From contig OZ024740.1 in the NCBI GenBank assembly GCA_964016885.1, positions 188,294,001-188,358,000 on the forward strand: a DNA stretch of 64,000 bases. Direction: 5' to 3'. How positions within the stretch are numbered: the stretch's first letter is position 1; each line of letters opens with the position of its first letter. The position numbers and the translations under genes are program-made. Positions 1 through 12,580 of this stretch are shown here, piece by piece. The stretch is from Eledone cirrhosa. Taxonomy: Eukaryota. Under the pieces are notes generated by a model. It saw only the letters and a list, made by a program, of their open reading frames with translations. It was not told the DNA's origin and searched no databases.

Positions 1-384
1 ATATATATATACACATACACACATGCATATATACACATTCACACACTTAAGTATGAACCATTGATCCTTTGTTTAATAGTTCTTTTTTCTGTGAGTTAGC
101 CCATAAAGGAACTGCACTACTGTGAATTGTTGCAGATAATGGTAGACGTATTAACTTAGTGAGACTGAAATGTTCAGAGGAGACATGATGGGGGAGATAC
201 AAATTAGGCAGATACTGTTGCACTAGAATAAAAGAAAGAAGGATTGTACTGTAGATTACCAAACTCATGAGTTTTTTTTCTTCATGTCTCATTCCAACTA
301 GACTTATAGGTTTTGAGAAAAGTTGAGGAGTACCTTCTCCTGTCTTCCTCTCATGTATCCTTAAAAATGATATATATATATATA

Positions 385-646
385 AAATGAAATGTTGTAG
401 TTTGCTTGAAGCATTGTATATGATATATAATGTGGAGAGAGATATAAGGCTAAACAATGCAAAATGGACTGTAAGATGAAGGTAACAAAAATTTAAGCTA
501 CCTGGTAATCTTTATTTTGGTTTTTGTTGTTTTTTTCTTTCAACAGTAACAACAAAAGACAAAACCAAGATTACCAGGTAATTTACTTTTTAGGTACCTC
601 ATCTTACAGTCCATTTTGCATTGTTTAGCCTTATATCTCTTTCCAC

Positions 647-650
<4 letters not shown>
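385..650 (-). mobile_element. Fold-back insertion in (TA)n with ~110-bp imperfect inverted arms and a ~45-nt unpaired tail (Penelope-like architecture, family 1)
   Basis: 429-478 aatgtggagagagatataaggctaaacaatgcaaaatggactgtaagatg is the reverse complement (1 mismatch) of 600-649 catcttacagtccattttgcattgtttagccttatatctctttccacatt. Pairing continues inward (tacctggtaatctt/aagattaccaggta). An unpaired segment at 385-428 lies between the left arm and a (TA)n tract, and (TA)n follows the right arm. Confidence 0.6.
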
Positions 651-695
<45 letters not shown>

Positions 696-799
696 TTGTG
701 TGTTTGTGCAAAGATGGCTGCATGTATGTTAACAATCTTGTTTTAATTTTCTTAGGAAATATTTCACATACTGCCATCATCATCATGTTCATTATCACC

Positions 800-1490
800 A
801 TCTCATCCTGTTCGAACGCTACTATGCTTTCGAAGCACACACTCCTGTTAATTTGTTGAATTAAGTAATGGAAGCTATCCACTATATCTAGGTTGACCTC
901 TGAACATTTCAAACACTTTATCTGATTATTTGCTTCAAGGTACCTGCTCTTTATGAATCCTTTTCTTTTAGAAAGCTTATGATTCCATTGCATCTCTCAT
1001 GCACCAGTAGTCTACATTTTGAATACCTAATGTAAACTATTGGTATATGGTATGTTGGAATACCTAATGCAAGGCATTCCTACCTACTCCTTTTGTGTAT
1101 ATGGCCACTTAGCAAATAACAGTATAGTTCTGTCTTCTTTCCTTCTAACTAAAGCATTAAGAGTCTTTCATTTATTATTTTGTTTCCACATTTGTAATTT
1201 CTTCACTAATTCTTTGACAGATACAGATATGAGAAGTAGGCCATCAGATTAAAACTGGAGAGCCAGTATTTATCTCCTTTGTTATGGCATGGAGAATTAA
1301 ATAGCCCCAAGCCTTAATGGACATCTACAGGCATGGTAAATTCCTCATTGAACTTATTTCTTACTTTCATCTTGCTGACAAACTCTTTAACCAAATACAC
1401 TGTGATGTATAGGAATGACTTGACATTAAATTCGTTTAAAGACTTTCTGAACTTTTGTTCAGCTAACTATGCATAAATTCAAAGACTTAC
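800..1490 (-). mobile_element. Decayed RTE-clade LINE reverse transcriptase fragment
   Basis: Minus-strand pieces VSKMKVRNKFNEEFTMPVDVH*G (cf. VGVHQGS), KELVKKLQMWKQ, VGRNA and IKCLKCSEVNLDIVDSFHYL...FESIVA (cf. LEVVDSFCYLG..SESIVAR) occur in the expected order, with stops and frameshifts. Confidence 0.7.
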
Positions 1491-1839
1491 CCTAATTACA
1501 CATATGTGACTGTGCATGTGTGCGCGTACACACACACACGCGCACACACACACACACATATATACATATTTATGTACACATGCATATATTTAGTTGAAAT
1601 CACTGTCAGTTCTCAACTAGTCAAGCCTGCTAAGCTGAAAATTGAAACTTGAAAGTGCAATTCCTAGATATATTATATATCCTGTAGATAAATGGGGCAT
1701 TCAAAACACCATGTAAAGTGAAAGTATTCAGCAGTGATCTATCATGCCATTAAGAGATTATGGGATTACTTTTTATATGCACACATATGGTATACATATA
1801 GATGAGCCAATGAAAGAACCTGCACATGATTTTTGTACA

Positions 1840-2010
1840 GTGAGAAATAACAGCCAAATTCTTCTCAAATCACAACATTCGGTTTTATGAAAGGAAGAAT
1901 AGATTAGACTATATGGTTTAGGATTATATGTACAAAAAATGGGATAGTCACAGTTGGAATGACTTGATCATATGGTATGCTTTGTCAAGGATGAATTTTA
2001 ACTAACCTAT
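1840..2010 (+). repeat. Unclassified decayed interspersed repeat; related copy near 12860-12960
   Basis: Shared degenerate motif (t)cacag/aytggaatg-c-t...ag-g-tga-ct--aactaa at 1949-2006 and 12904-12955; aligned by eye only. Confidence 0.35.
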
Positions 2011-2430
2011 TACATACATACATACAACAATTATCTGAGTTTACTTTAATTTTACAAAGTGTCATAAAATGATTCAGGCAATTATTTTATTCAGGTGTAC
2101 AACATTAATTAATATTTTACTAGATCTTGGCAAACACTTCTGTAGACTCTCAGAAATATGGATAGTGGTTTACAAAAATCATCTACTTTTCAAACTTTAT
2201 TTCATTGTTGTTGTCTATTACTATTACACAAGAAACCATGTTTAAAATACGAACACGAATGAAGACATAAACTAGAAAGAAGGTCATTTATTAAATGTGA
2301 ACTTTATCTTTAAGATAGTTTAGCACCTAGTAAAGTATTTAACGTTTTTGAATCCTTATCTACTCATGCTTCTATCATTTCTTTTGTTATATTATATTTC
2401 TCATTTTTATCCTTCATGTTCAGATTAATA

Positions 2431-2476
<46 letters not shown>

Positions 2477-3659
2477 TGTGTGTGTGTGTGTGTGAATAGT
2501 TTTCATGTTAACATGGGTTAAATGGTTTAGTTCAACCAAATATGTCAGAAACCCTGCTATAGTCTCTATGTGTATAGCTATCATGTCATCACAGTATGTA
2601 TTGATAGATGATGCCCTGTTGTGCAACATTAGAAAGTGATGTGATATGGCATTTATCAGAGTAGTCAACAGTATTAAATTTCACAATTGTGTATTTAGGT
2701 TCCCTCCACAAAGTTGGAAATATACTCAATTCAAATATAAAAACAAAACCATTGAATAAAAGAAGAGATTTATTTAACTATTTTGGCGTTACTTATCTCT
2801 TTCTTACCAGTTCCCACTCATACCCAAATAAATGAGAACTATCAAGGGTAATAGTAATTGAAAATAAATTAAATAACTATAATTGTCTAAGGAAATTAAC
2901 ATATATATTCGAATTAAATAGAATTACTTTTCAAATATACCATTTTATCTTTACTTGATTTCATGAGTATATAATTTTCTATGCATAGTTATTTGTTTGG
3001 TGCCTTTTTTCAGAAGTGTCTATTGTATGCAATGAGTTTAAAAACATTTTTAAAAATCATATCACGTTGCAGATTGTTATTCTTGTTATTGTTGACAATG
3101 ATGATAGTGATAATGATGATGAAATGTATGTTGCTCTCTAGATAATTTTCCATTGTTGTTAATGTTTCTTAATTTTACTGTCTTTTAGAAGCCTCATATA
3201 TGATATGCTGTCAAATAGAATATGTTGCAGAATGACTGTTATTCTTCTTAGAGATAAGAATAAAATTTGAATCATGCTATTAATCTGATAAAGTCATACA
3301 GTGTTCTGGGAGAATTTCATACCTATATTATTCAACTTAGCTTTGAATAAGCTATTAGAAACTTTAAAATTATTTAATGTCCATTGATAAATAAAGGAGA
3401 TGGATGGACAGGTGGAAACATTGTTTGCAATGTTTTGTTCCATTTAACAAACTAAATACAATCTAAATTTATGACCTACAAAATGCAACCATCAAACTTT
3501 TACTAGATCCTTATGTTAATTTAAAAAACATATTTCAAGATTTTCTTCTGCTTCACATAACATAAGGAATAATCTTGAAACCATGCAGATGCCTTGTTAA
3601 ATAGCAAACAAATTGGTCACATTATTGAAATTATAGCTTCTGATTTTCAATGGAAATAG

Positions 3660-3815
3660 ATGGTGAGTTTACAGAGTGGTTAGAGTGCTGGACACAATAT
3701 TTTTCAGTATTTGTTTGGTTTCAACACTCAGAGTTCAAATCTCCCTGAGATTATCTTTGCCTTCCCCTCTTTGATAAAATTAAGTACCAGTCTAGAGCAG
3801 GGGTTTATCAATATT
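3660..3815 (+). mobile_element. Old SINE, family A (tRNA head + Meta/MESC-like domain)
   Basis: B-box-like gagttcaaatctc followed by ctttgccttc...gataaaattaagtaccag, as in the young family A copies. Confidence 0.6.
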
Positions 3816-4723
3816 ATTAGTTTAAGTTAACATGCCTTGCAATATTTGTTTTATCTATTTGCATTCTGAATTCAAATCCCATTATGACCTATTTTGATGT
3901 GAGACTTAATTTGTCAACTAATTTAACACCACTATTTAGCCATTGTGTCCCTATAGCAGAATTCACACTATTGCAAACCTTCACACCAAATCACTCTGAT
4001 CCAAAGATACCATCCTATTTTCCTTCTTTCCTTCCAACAGTTTTGGAAGCCTTGTAAAATGTCATGAGCTCAGCCCTTCACAATGTGACCAAATAAGTAG
4101 CTCAGAAAGTGAAACTAACAAAATATCAATAATTTAGTTCCTTAACAATTATCTATTAATTCCATGATTTATGTTCAAAATTTCAGTTACATTCAAACTA
4201 GAATGTATTGCTCAAATTCATTGATAATCTTAGTCTGCTAGCATTTATTGTAAGGATACATTTAACAAGAGACTTGCCTTAAAGCAATGTGATAATCTTC
4301 ATTATACCTAATCATTTAGGATCAACTCACTGAATCTAATAATATCAATGAAAAGTTAATGAATCACTCATTAATTACTTTGAAAGGTACAGTGTATGTA
4401 TATGTATAAATCAGTATAATACTGAATATGAAGTATTTCTTTTGTTCTGATATGGAATATTTGTAAATTGGTGTATAATTATATAATGTTTTATGTAAAC
4501 ATTTTAGACTCTCTTCTATTGCATAGAATACCCTTTAGGAGGAATTTTAATAATATATAATTTATGATTACTGCTTCTCAATTAAATGCAAGACTACTTG
4601 ACTTTGTCTATTATTTTAAGATATGGGGACAGACAGTCCAATTCATGAACTGAAATCCTTTTAAATCTAAATCTATCAAATTGTGTTTGTGGTAGGTGTA
4701 GTACTACAATTATCCCTTCATCG

Positions 4724-4771
<48 letters not shown>

Positions 4772-4773
<2 letters not shown>

Positions 4774-4892
4774 ATCAACAAGATCCCAGATTCATTCACT
4801 TACAGACTGGGGTGGAACTTGTCAAATCAGAGTAAAGAAACAATGTTTCCTTTGGTCCTTTCCATTACTGATACTCTCTACTAGTTATAACT
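4772..4892 (-). mobile_element. SINE 3' module D fragment (also at 39750-39870, 43735-43850, 53738-53865)
   Basis: Reverse complement matches tagagagtatcag-aa-tggaaag--ca-a-ggaaacattgtttctt in the other three copies. Confidence 0.6.
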
Positions 4893-5836
4893 TATTTACT
4901 TCACAGCTGATTGTTTAGATATGTAGTTGAAACATTAACTTGCTCAATACTACAAAAATATTGATAATCTCAGATTTAGAAAAGCTCAGCTGTATATTTA
5001 ATGCAGGCGTTAATTAAAAGCTGGTTATTAATATGTATTGTGCACATAGTAGAGTGTGGGAATGTATGTAAGTGGGATACAGACTTACAGCTCATCTGAG
5101 AGGTCAGTGACTCTGTATAAGAAAAATCTGCTGATTGACGAAGTTTCTACAGAATGTCATACATATCTATGTCAATATATGGTGAAACGTTAATGGTCTA
5201 GTTACCTATATTTGCAAGTGCACATGCACAAACCAACATAAGCATAGTATGATAAAGTTGTAGTTAATCACACAATTTGTAATTTTGATACTCTCTCAAA
5301 AACTCTCAAAAAAATATATATATTCTATAAAAATGAAGTTAAGTTGAAAATATTTTTGTCTGGTTAACTCAAAATATCATCATCAGACAACAAAACACTA
5401 TGAATATCCAAATGTTTCATTTGTTTCATCTAATTAATTTATTTGAGTGCTTCTTATCAGCAAGTCTGTATTGTATTTATATCAAGTTTCCTTCTATGCA
5501 TTTGATGTTTTTTTTCATCTTATCATTTTGAGAGTAATGTTGCATTAGTTCACATTTCATTAAGAAAATAACAATGACTTAGTAAAAGTTAGGCTATTGA
5601 TAATAGCTTTTAGTTGTAATCTATAACTTCATTATTATAAGTGCTCTTTTCTATTTGACTTGAATTGGGTGAATTCATTGGGAATCTGGCAGTTCTTTTG
5701 AAAAGAAAATAGCTCACTCATCCCTCTCCATTTTATTGTGCTTGCTGTTATTATGTCTGTTCATACATATATTTATCAGACACATATATAAATAATTTGT
5801 TTATTTATATTATTATGTTATATATATCTATATCTA

Positions 5837-5883
<47 letters not shown>

Positions 5884-6258
5884 ACGTGTGTGTGTGTATA
5901 TATATGTGTGTATGTATATATGTATGTTTATGTGTATATATATATATAATGAGGATGTGCATCTACTTATGTCAAGAAAAAGAAAAAAATACTGGCATAA
6001 AATTACATATAAATCCTATTTATATTTATGCCATGATTGCTTAGATAACTTTAGAAGGAACATGATTGTTCTGGCTCAAATTGTAACCTTCTTTTACCAA
6101 ATATAATTCTTGTATTACAATTTTGAAAATCTTTCTCTACCCTAATAACTTTAAATTAACCAGATAAATCTTGTTTTCTAACATCAAAATTAAAATGAAA
6201 ACAAAATTACTTTCAAATATAAAGTATTAAAATTCATCAAATCATATATTGTACGTAA

Positions 6259-6412
6259 GGCAGTGAATTGGCAGAGTCATTAGAATTGTGTATAGAATGC
6301 TTTTTATTATTTGTTCAACTCTCTGCTTTCTGGATTCAAATCCCACTGAGGTCCTCATTGTCTTACATCCATTTGCACGTGATAAAAAAATGTACCAGTC
6401 TAGTACTCTGGT
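6259..6412 (+). mobile_element. Old SINE, family A
   Basis: ggcagtgaattggcaga head, ggattcaaatccc B-box and gataaaaaaatgtaccag core. Confidence 0.6.
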
Positions 6413-6748
6413 TGGTTCCTCCTCTATAACTCTTTCTCAATTCCATTCTCTCACAATAATTTCATTATTATTATTATTATTATTATCATTATTATTATCA
6501 TTATTATTATTATTATTATTATTTCTCTTCCTCTTTCAAAGAAATCTACTGTATTCAGACATTGAGAGAAGATAAGTTCTGTCATTATGATACACCTACA
6601 ATTCCCTCATGTGTTATGGGACCATACATGCATATTGTATGTAGTTATTAAGATTGGTGCATAAAATGATAGTTTTGTTACAGCTGACTGAGTACTAGTA
6701 TATGCTTTGCACTGCTGTAAACACTAAGTGTACATTATAATTAATGGA

Positions 6749-6945
6749 TTCTGATTTAAGCACAAGGCCAACAAATGTTGGTGGATGGGAAAGTTGATTA
6801 AAATGGCCCAGTGCTTTATTTTATTAACACCGTAAGGATGAAAGGCAATACTAATCTCAGTGGGATTTGAACTCTGAACTAAAGGGCGATAACTGTATTT
6901 TGTAAAGCGTGTTGTCTGATGCCGTAATGATACTGCCAATCCAGC
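6749..6945 (-). mobile_element. SINE, family A
   Basis: gcacaaggccaacaa...ccgtaaggatgaaaggcaa...gggatttgaactc...tactgccaatcca is the reverse complement of the family consensus. Confidence 0.8.
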
Positions 6946-7589
6946 AATTAATGCAAGATTTGTTTTAGCTTTAGCTCTTGTGAATGTTTCACTTTTCCAA
7001 GTGACATTAATATTCTGTGTGATTAAATATGGTTTCAAGAAAATTATGGTTTAAAAACTGATCTAGACAGGAGATTAATGCTCAGCAGCTACTACAGATA
7101 ATAATATTGGGCTTTAGATTCACTATAATTGACCTTGTGTTCAATTAGTTTATCAAAGGATAAATTTGTCTGTATTTTGTTTTAGAAGTACTGGAAGAGT
7201 CGTTGTTTGTACTGCTTGCAAATGAAAGTTTTTTTTAATTTCATAGTATTGCTTGCTACTTGATACTTGGGAGCCAAGTATCGTTGCTTGGATATATCTC
7301 TTAATATTGACTTGAAAACTGTGTGATTATAAAGAATAATTAGTAATTCGATGCTTTCTTATCAGCTCTATTGCCAAAGAAATAATGAATTTTTTTTGTA
7401 ATAGAAAAAAAAACCGATTCTTTTTTATCAGTTATATCATGTTGATGTCACTTTAGTTTAGCCATTTAAACTAAAGTCACTCTTTATTTACTTCTCATGA
7501 AGTGTTAAAACTTGTAGCACTTTTACTACATGGTCACTGAACAGGTCACAGAAGTGGACCCAAACCTTTTGACACATCATAGTAGGTAG

Positions 7590-7915
7590 AGACCTCCTTC
7601 TGTCATGAATGACCATGGGCTTTGAATCTAGAAAGTTTGCATCTGAAGCACAGTCTGGTGAAGGTTGTTTTGTGGAAGATCAGCAATTGCTCATGCATAC
7701 CAGCCTCTCATCTCCATGCCACCGATATTGTCCAAGGGAAAAGCAAAGGCCGATACAGCTTTGCACCAGTGATAGCACAACTCATTTGTACAGCTGAGTA
7801 AACTGGAGTAATGTGAAATAAAGTGATGTACAGACCACACCACCCAATCAGAAAATCAAACTCACAACCTTACAATTGTAAGCCCAATGCTGAAACTACT
7901 AAGCCATGTGTCTTT
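7590..7915 (-). mobile_element. CORE-like tRNA SINE (family B, tail type 1)
   Basis: Reverse-complement match along its length to 49828-50147; A-box tggcttagtagtt on the minus strand; core cagctgagtaaactggag-aatgtgaaataaagtg. Confidence 0.8.
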
Positions 7916-8227
7916 ATTAGTAGAGAGTATTATTAAAGAAGAATGAAAAGTGATTGTAACAAGTTCTTAGTTTTCTTAAATGACTAAACTGAAAGGACTC
8001 TTCAACAATGTAATTACAGATCAATCATTTAAAAAAAAAGTACAACTCCAAAATTTTAATTTAATTTCATTTTAAAATCTACATTTGCTTTAAATAATCC
8101 TAATAATCATAGGCTTAGGCCAAATGCAAGATTTTGTAGTGATGAAATATAATTGATTGAATTAAGTAAAAGTGAAAAGGATAGCTTATTTCTGGTACTT
8201 ATTTTATTGATACTAGTGTGTTTAAAG

Positions 8228-8365
8228 ATAATTGTTTCTACTTTTGGCACAAGGCCAGCAATCAACCAGTGTATTACTTGTACTTTATTTTATCGACCTC
8301 ATAAGGATGAAAGGCAAAGTTGACCTCAGCAGGATTTGAACTCAGAATGGCAAGGCCGGTAACTT
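8228..8365 (-). mobile_element. 5'-truncated SINE family A with 17-bp TSD, nested in an older copy
   Basis: TSD gtgtgtttaaagataat at 8216-8232 and 8366-8382. The flanks ctggtacttattttattga and gggatttgaactcag belong to an older same-family copy. Confidence 0.9.
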
Positions 8366-9372
8366 GTGTGTTTAAAGATAATGTTATCCAGCATGGGATT
8401 TGAACTCAGATTTCAGAGTGACAATTAAACCTCCTCTTGTTATGTCTTATGATTCAAGATGTTTTTATCTGAAAATAGGCAGACCTCATCAAACAGTAAA
8501 AACTATTAATAAAAAAGTTTTTTTAATTCCTTTTCCATGTAATGCTAAAATTGTTTCTGTTCTTCATGAAAGGATTTTAATGAATTAAAAAAAAAATAGA
8601 AACTACTAGGAATCATGTATATAAACAACTAATATGGATTCCACCATTAGCATATATAAGAAGCTTTAAGTTTTTTTCTGCTCATTTTCTCTCTTTATCT
8701 TTTTATAAAAGCAAAGATTAATTTGTTAATGATTTTTTTACACACCTATAAACAATTAGTGCAAGAAATACCTTGCTTTTCACTCTTTTCCTCTTCTATT
8801 ATTACATTATGCTATTAAGAACATAATTGCTCAAGTATATGTGAGCATTTTTTTTTTATAGTCTTCTGAGAGCTTTAAATTGTTGACATTTAAATAGCTA
8901 AGAAGATCATGTCTTACAGTTGACAAATGATGGTCGTCCTACAATCTGTAATAAAAGCGCTACATTTCAATCATCAGTCAGATTATACAATTAACAGTGG
9001 TATTATATCCTTTGACAATAACATACGCTTGTGGATTTCTCTGCCAGCCTTCATTACTTACTGCTGATTTGTCAGTTGCAATCAATCAGAATCTATTTTA
9101 CTCATGAGAAACATGCACAAGTAGGTGTGAAATCATTACTATGTAACTTTTGTTCAAATAAAATGCTGTCTATATTCCGATTAAAAGCGTCAAGGATTAC
9201 ATTGTAGAAAAACAGGTTGTTGATGGTGTTTTAAAGATTCTTTATAACAGCAGATATAAGTGGTACAAATTAAATTTAAAATAAGAATTTATCACAAATA
9301 TATTGACTCAATAAATGTATCTACACCAATGCCAACATAGAGGTATATGTGTATATATATATATATATATAT

Positions 9373-9596
9373 TTATGTAATAAACAACATAAGGTAATTA
9401 TTTCATTTACCAGTGGTTTCTTGAAAGCAAACAGGATTTTTTCATTCTGATGATTGAAAGCAAAATTTGTTTGCTTTCAAGAAACCACTGGTAAATGAAA
9501 TAATTACCTTCTGTTGTTTATTACATAACTATTAAGCTCTGTAACCTACATAGAGCACTCTTTTTTCCTGGACCTTTCCGACGGAATTACTTCATT

Positions 9597-9598
<2 letters not shown>
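9373..9598 (+). mobile_element. Hammerhead-bearing fold-back insertion between (TA)n and (CA)n(TA)n (Penelope-like architecture, family 2)
   Basis: 9373-9433 is the reverse complement of 9468-9528 (61 bp, 1 mismatch), followed by a 70-nt unpaired tail at 9529-9598; microsatellites on both sides. Confidence 0.75.
9440..9500 (+). ncRNA. Type I hammerhead ribozyme
   Basis: Stem I tttcatt(9440-46)/aatgaaa(9494-9500); CTGATGA 9447-53; stem II ttgaaagcaaa(9454-64)/tttgctttcaa(9470-80); GAAA 9481-84; short stem III (A)cc-act-gg(T); cleavage triplet GTA 9491-93. Confidence 0.88.
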
Positions 9599-9674
<76 letters not shown>

Positions 9675-10149
9675 TACTTGGGGAGGGTCATATTGTTATA
9701 ATATTGTAATATTGCCAGAAATAATAACAAAACGCACTCACTCATTGGTTTGGGTTGGTTTTCGCTTCTGTATCTTTTATATCTCTATAGTTAATTTATT
9801 TGGCAATCAATATTTATCATTGATTGACCAGCGGTTAATAATACAGATATAAATATATATATATATAGTCTATCAAATTTCTTTCGTCGCACATCTGCAA
9901 CATCATCAGTGGTACTATTATTTTCTCCTCTTGTATTGTAATGTCTATGCCATTTTTATTTTATTTATTTATTTATTTTTGTTGTCTCTGTCTCTGCACA
10001 TTCGTGTGTGTATAATGTTTGGTGTGTGTGTTTGCATTTGGTGCATGTATTTTTGTTTTTGTGTTCTATCTTTGTTCACTAGTGTGTGTTTATATGTGTC
10101 TGTTGTTATTGTACTTGTGTATATATTTATTTATTTATTCGTGTGTTAT

Positions 10150-10825
10150 TGATGGATATGAGAAACACATACTTAATACTGAAGTCAGATCCAGAAGAAC
10201 TTGGGTGAGGTAGTGAAGACTCATTTTAAGAAAATTAGCCAGAAAACTGAGATGACAAAAGGTCATAAGGGCTGGAGCTGTGCTGTGGTGGAGAAGAACC
10301 GACTAACACCATTTAACTATTTCACCATCATTCCCCCCTCACACATAATTGACTACACCATCCACACTCCCCATACCATTGCATCCTGTCTTCACCTTAT
10401 TCATAACCCTATTACACTCACCATACATCTATAATTTCATACCTATCTCCCTCCCCTATTTCTCCACATTGAACCCGTAAAAACAAAGAGGAATGTTCAG
10501 CTGAGGCTAAGAGCATCACCCTCTCTAATGATGGTGCTACAAAAATGCACCTGGTACACTCTGTAAGGGGGTTGGTGACAGGAAAGATACCCTACTGGAT
10601 AAACCATCCCTAAATGGTTGAGATGACCCCTCAGTTGTGTCAGTGGTACAACAACCTCTCTAGTATTGGTGATCTACATGATAAACACACACAGTACATG
10701 CTGTAATGTGAGATGCAAACCCCTGGCCGGTCTGGGAGCTCAGTAGCCTTTCTTCAATACTGACTCGGTTTGTGAAGACCTGTCGAACCCTTGGTAGCAG
10801 GGTAAATGTTTGTTAAATGATGATG
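10150..10825 (+). mobile_element. RTE LINE 3' end (ORF C-terminus plus decayed 3' UTR)
   Basis: RSRRTW/GEVVKTHFKKI..EMTKGHKGWSCAVVEKNRLTP resembles the RTE C-termini at 51020-51216 and 59260-59390. It is followed by a decayed gcacctggtacactctgtaa..ggttggtgacaggaa module and ends in gttaaatgatgatg. Confidence 0.6.
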
Positions 10826-11585
10826 AAAAGGATATATTTATATGCATATACATATATAAATTTATATATGAGTGTTACAAATATGGTCTCATAACTACAA
10901 ATAATTGAAATAGATCAACTTCGTTAAGTTGTAGATGTTCAAGGTTGATGTAATTCATTCACCAATAATGCAGCAACAGATCTTTGGGTGTATGAATACA
11001 AATTCAAATGATATAAATAAACAAATACTTTGACAGTTAGTCACCAGTAGAAGCAAAAATTGCATGCTAATATATTCAGAAGGGAAACTTGAACTTCGCT
11101 TTAACGTACCATTTCCACTTTGGCTGCAGTAACATTAATTATGATGTTCTTCATACAATTCCATTGGAAATGGAAAATATTTTCCCATGAGGTAATTGAT
11201 AAATTACCAAAGTTATTTTGATTAATGATCTATGAAACTGTTATGCATCTATAAAACTATATTATCAAGAAATACATGTTTCTCTAACTTTAAATGTTAT
11301 GTGAGAATACAGTATATATACATTTTTAGTGGGGTTACTGTGTTATGCAGGAATTGTGCGTTTGTGTGCATTTGCAAGCATATATACATTATTTATTTAT
11401 ATTTATTATTACTACACTTATGTGTGTATATGTAAATGTCTGATTGCCATTTAAATGAATTATCAATTGTTTGACTGATTAAATGATTGAGTCTATGTAC
11501 TGGTGCCACATTTATCTCTATAGAAACAACTGTTGAAATTAAAGATGGAATTTTAATAACAACCTTGGTTTACATTTTGAATTAA

Positions 11586-11642
<57 letters not shown>

Positions 11643-11774
11643 CATATATGTGTGTGTATATAAATTAATATATATATATATATATATATATAAAATCTGT
11701 ATGTGTATATAGGATTGACATGCACAACCGGGTTGGAAGTGGTATTATGACTAGCAGGTGTAGAATCATTCGGC

Positions 11775-12580
11775 TGTAATTTGCAGACAACCCAGTTTTA
11801 TATAACTTGACAGAAGGTGATCTCTGACTTACACTTGATAGATTTGATGCTGAGTGCTGCAAGCCTGGAATGAAAATCAGTGCTGCGAAACCTGAGACAC
11901 TCTTCCTCTCAAAAAAGCCTGCACAGTGCACTCATTTGAATGGATTTCCAGTGAAGCAGGTGGAGAAGGTCAAGTATCTTGGAGTTATGTTCACAAGTGA
12001 TGGAAAGCAGGAAGTTGAATTAAGTCCAAGAACTGCAGGTGCTGATGCAGTAATGCATCAGCTTCAGCATTTGGTAATCAGAAAAAGGGAAGTAGGTATA
12101 AAAGCCAAACTGCCAATCTTCAGTTCAGTATTCATGCCAAATCTTATTTATGGTCATGAATCTTAGGTGATGACTGAAGGAATATGATGGCAAATAAAAG
12201 TATCCAAATGGGGTTTCTCTAAAGGGTCCTTAGAGTAATATTACTCGATAGAGTGTGGAGTTAAGAGATCAGAGAGTTACTTCAGGTAGAACAACTCCTT
12301 CTCCAAATTGAAAAACCACAGCTCCGATATTATGAGCATGGGTTTAGAATGTCACAAGAAAGAATCACTGGACAGATTTTACGGGTAAAACCAACTGGCA
12401 GGAGACCCAGTGGTAGACCGCACGAGCAATATAGTTGGATAAGATCCATGAGCTTGATTGGTTTCGCTTGAGGATCCAGTCAGATCTGTTGGAAACAGTT
12501 GCTTCTGACAGGATTTGCAAAATGAGCATGTGTGACCTTTGCCCCTACAATCCTCTCAGAAATAAGTCGGTGAAGAAAAA
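11775..12580 (+). mobile_element. 5'-truncated RTE-clade (Expander/Rex3-like) LINE, RT C-terminal half
   Basis: FADN..., GMKISAAKPETL, QVEKVKYLGVMFTSDGKQEVE, PNLIYGHES*VMTE, then LRYYEHGFRMSQER and GRRPSGRP; stops and frameshifts present. Confidence 0.9.
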
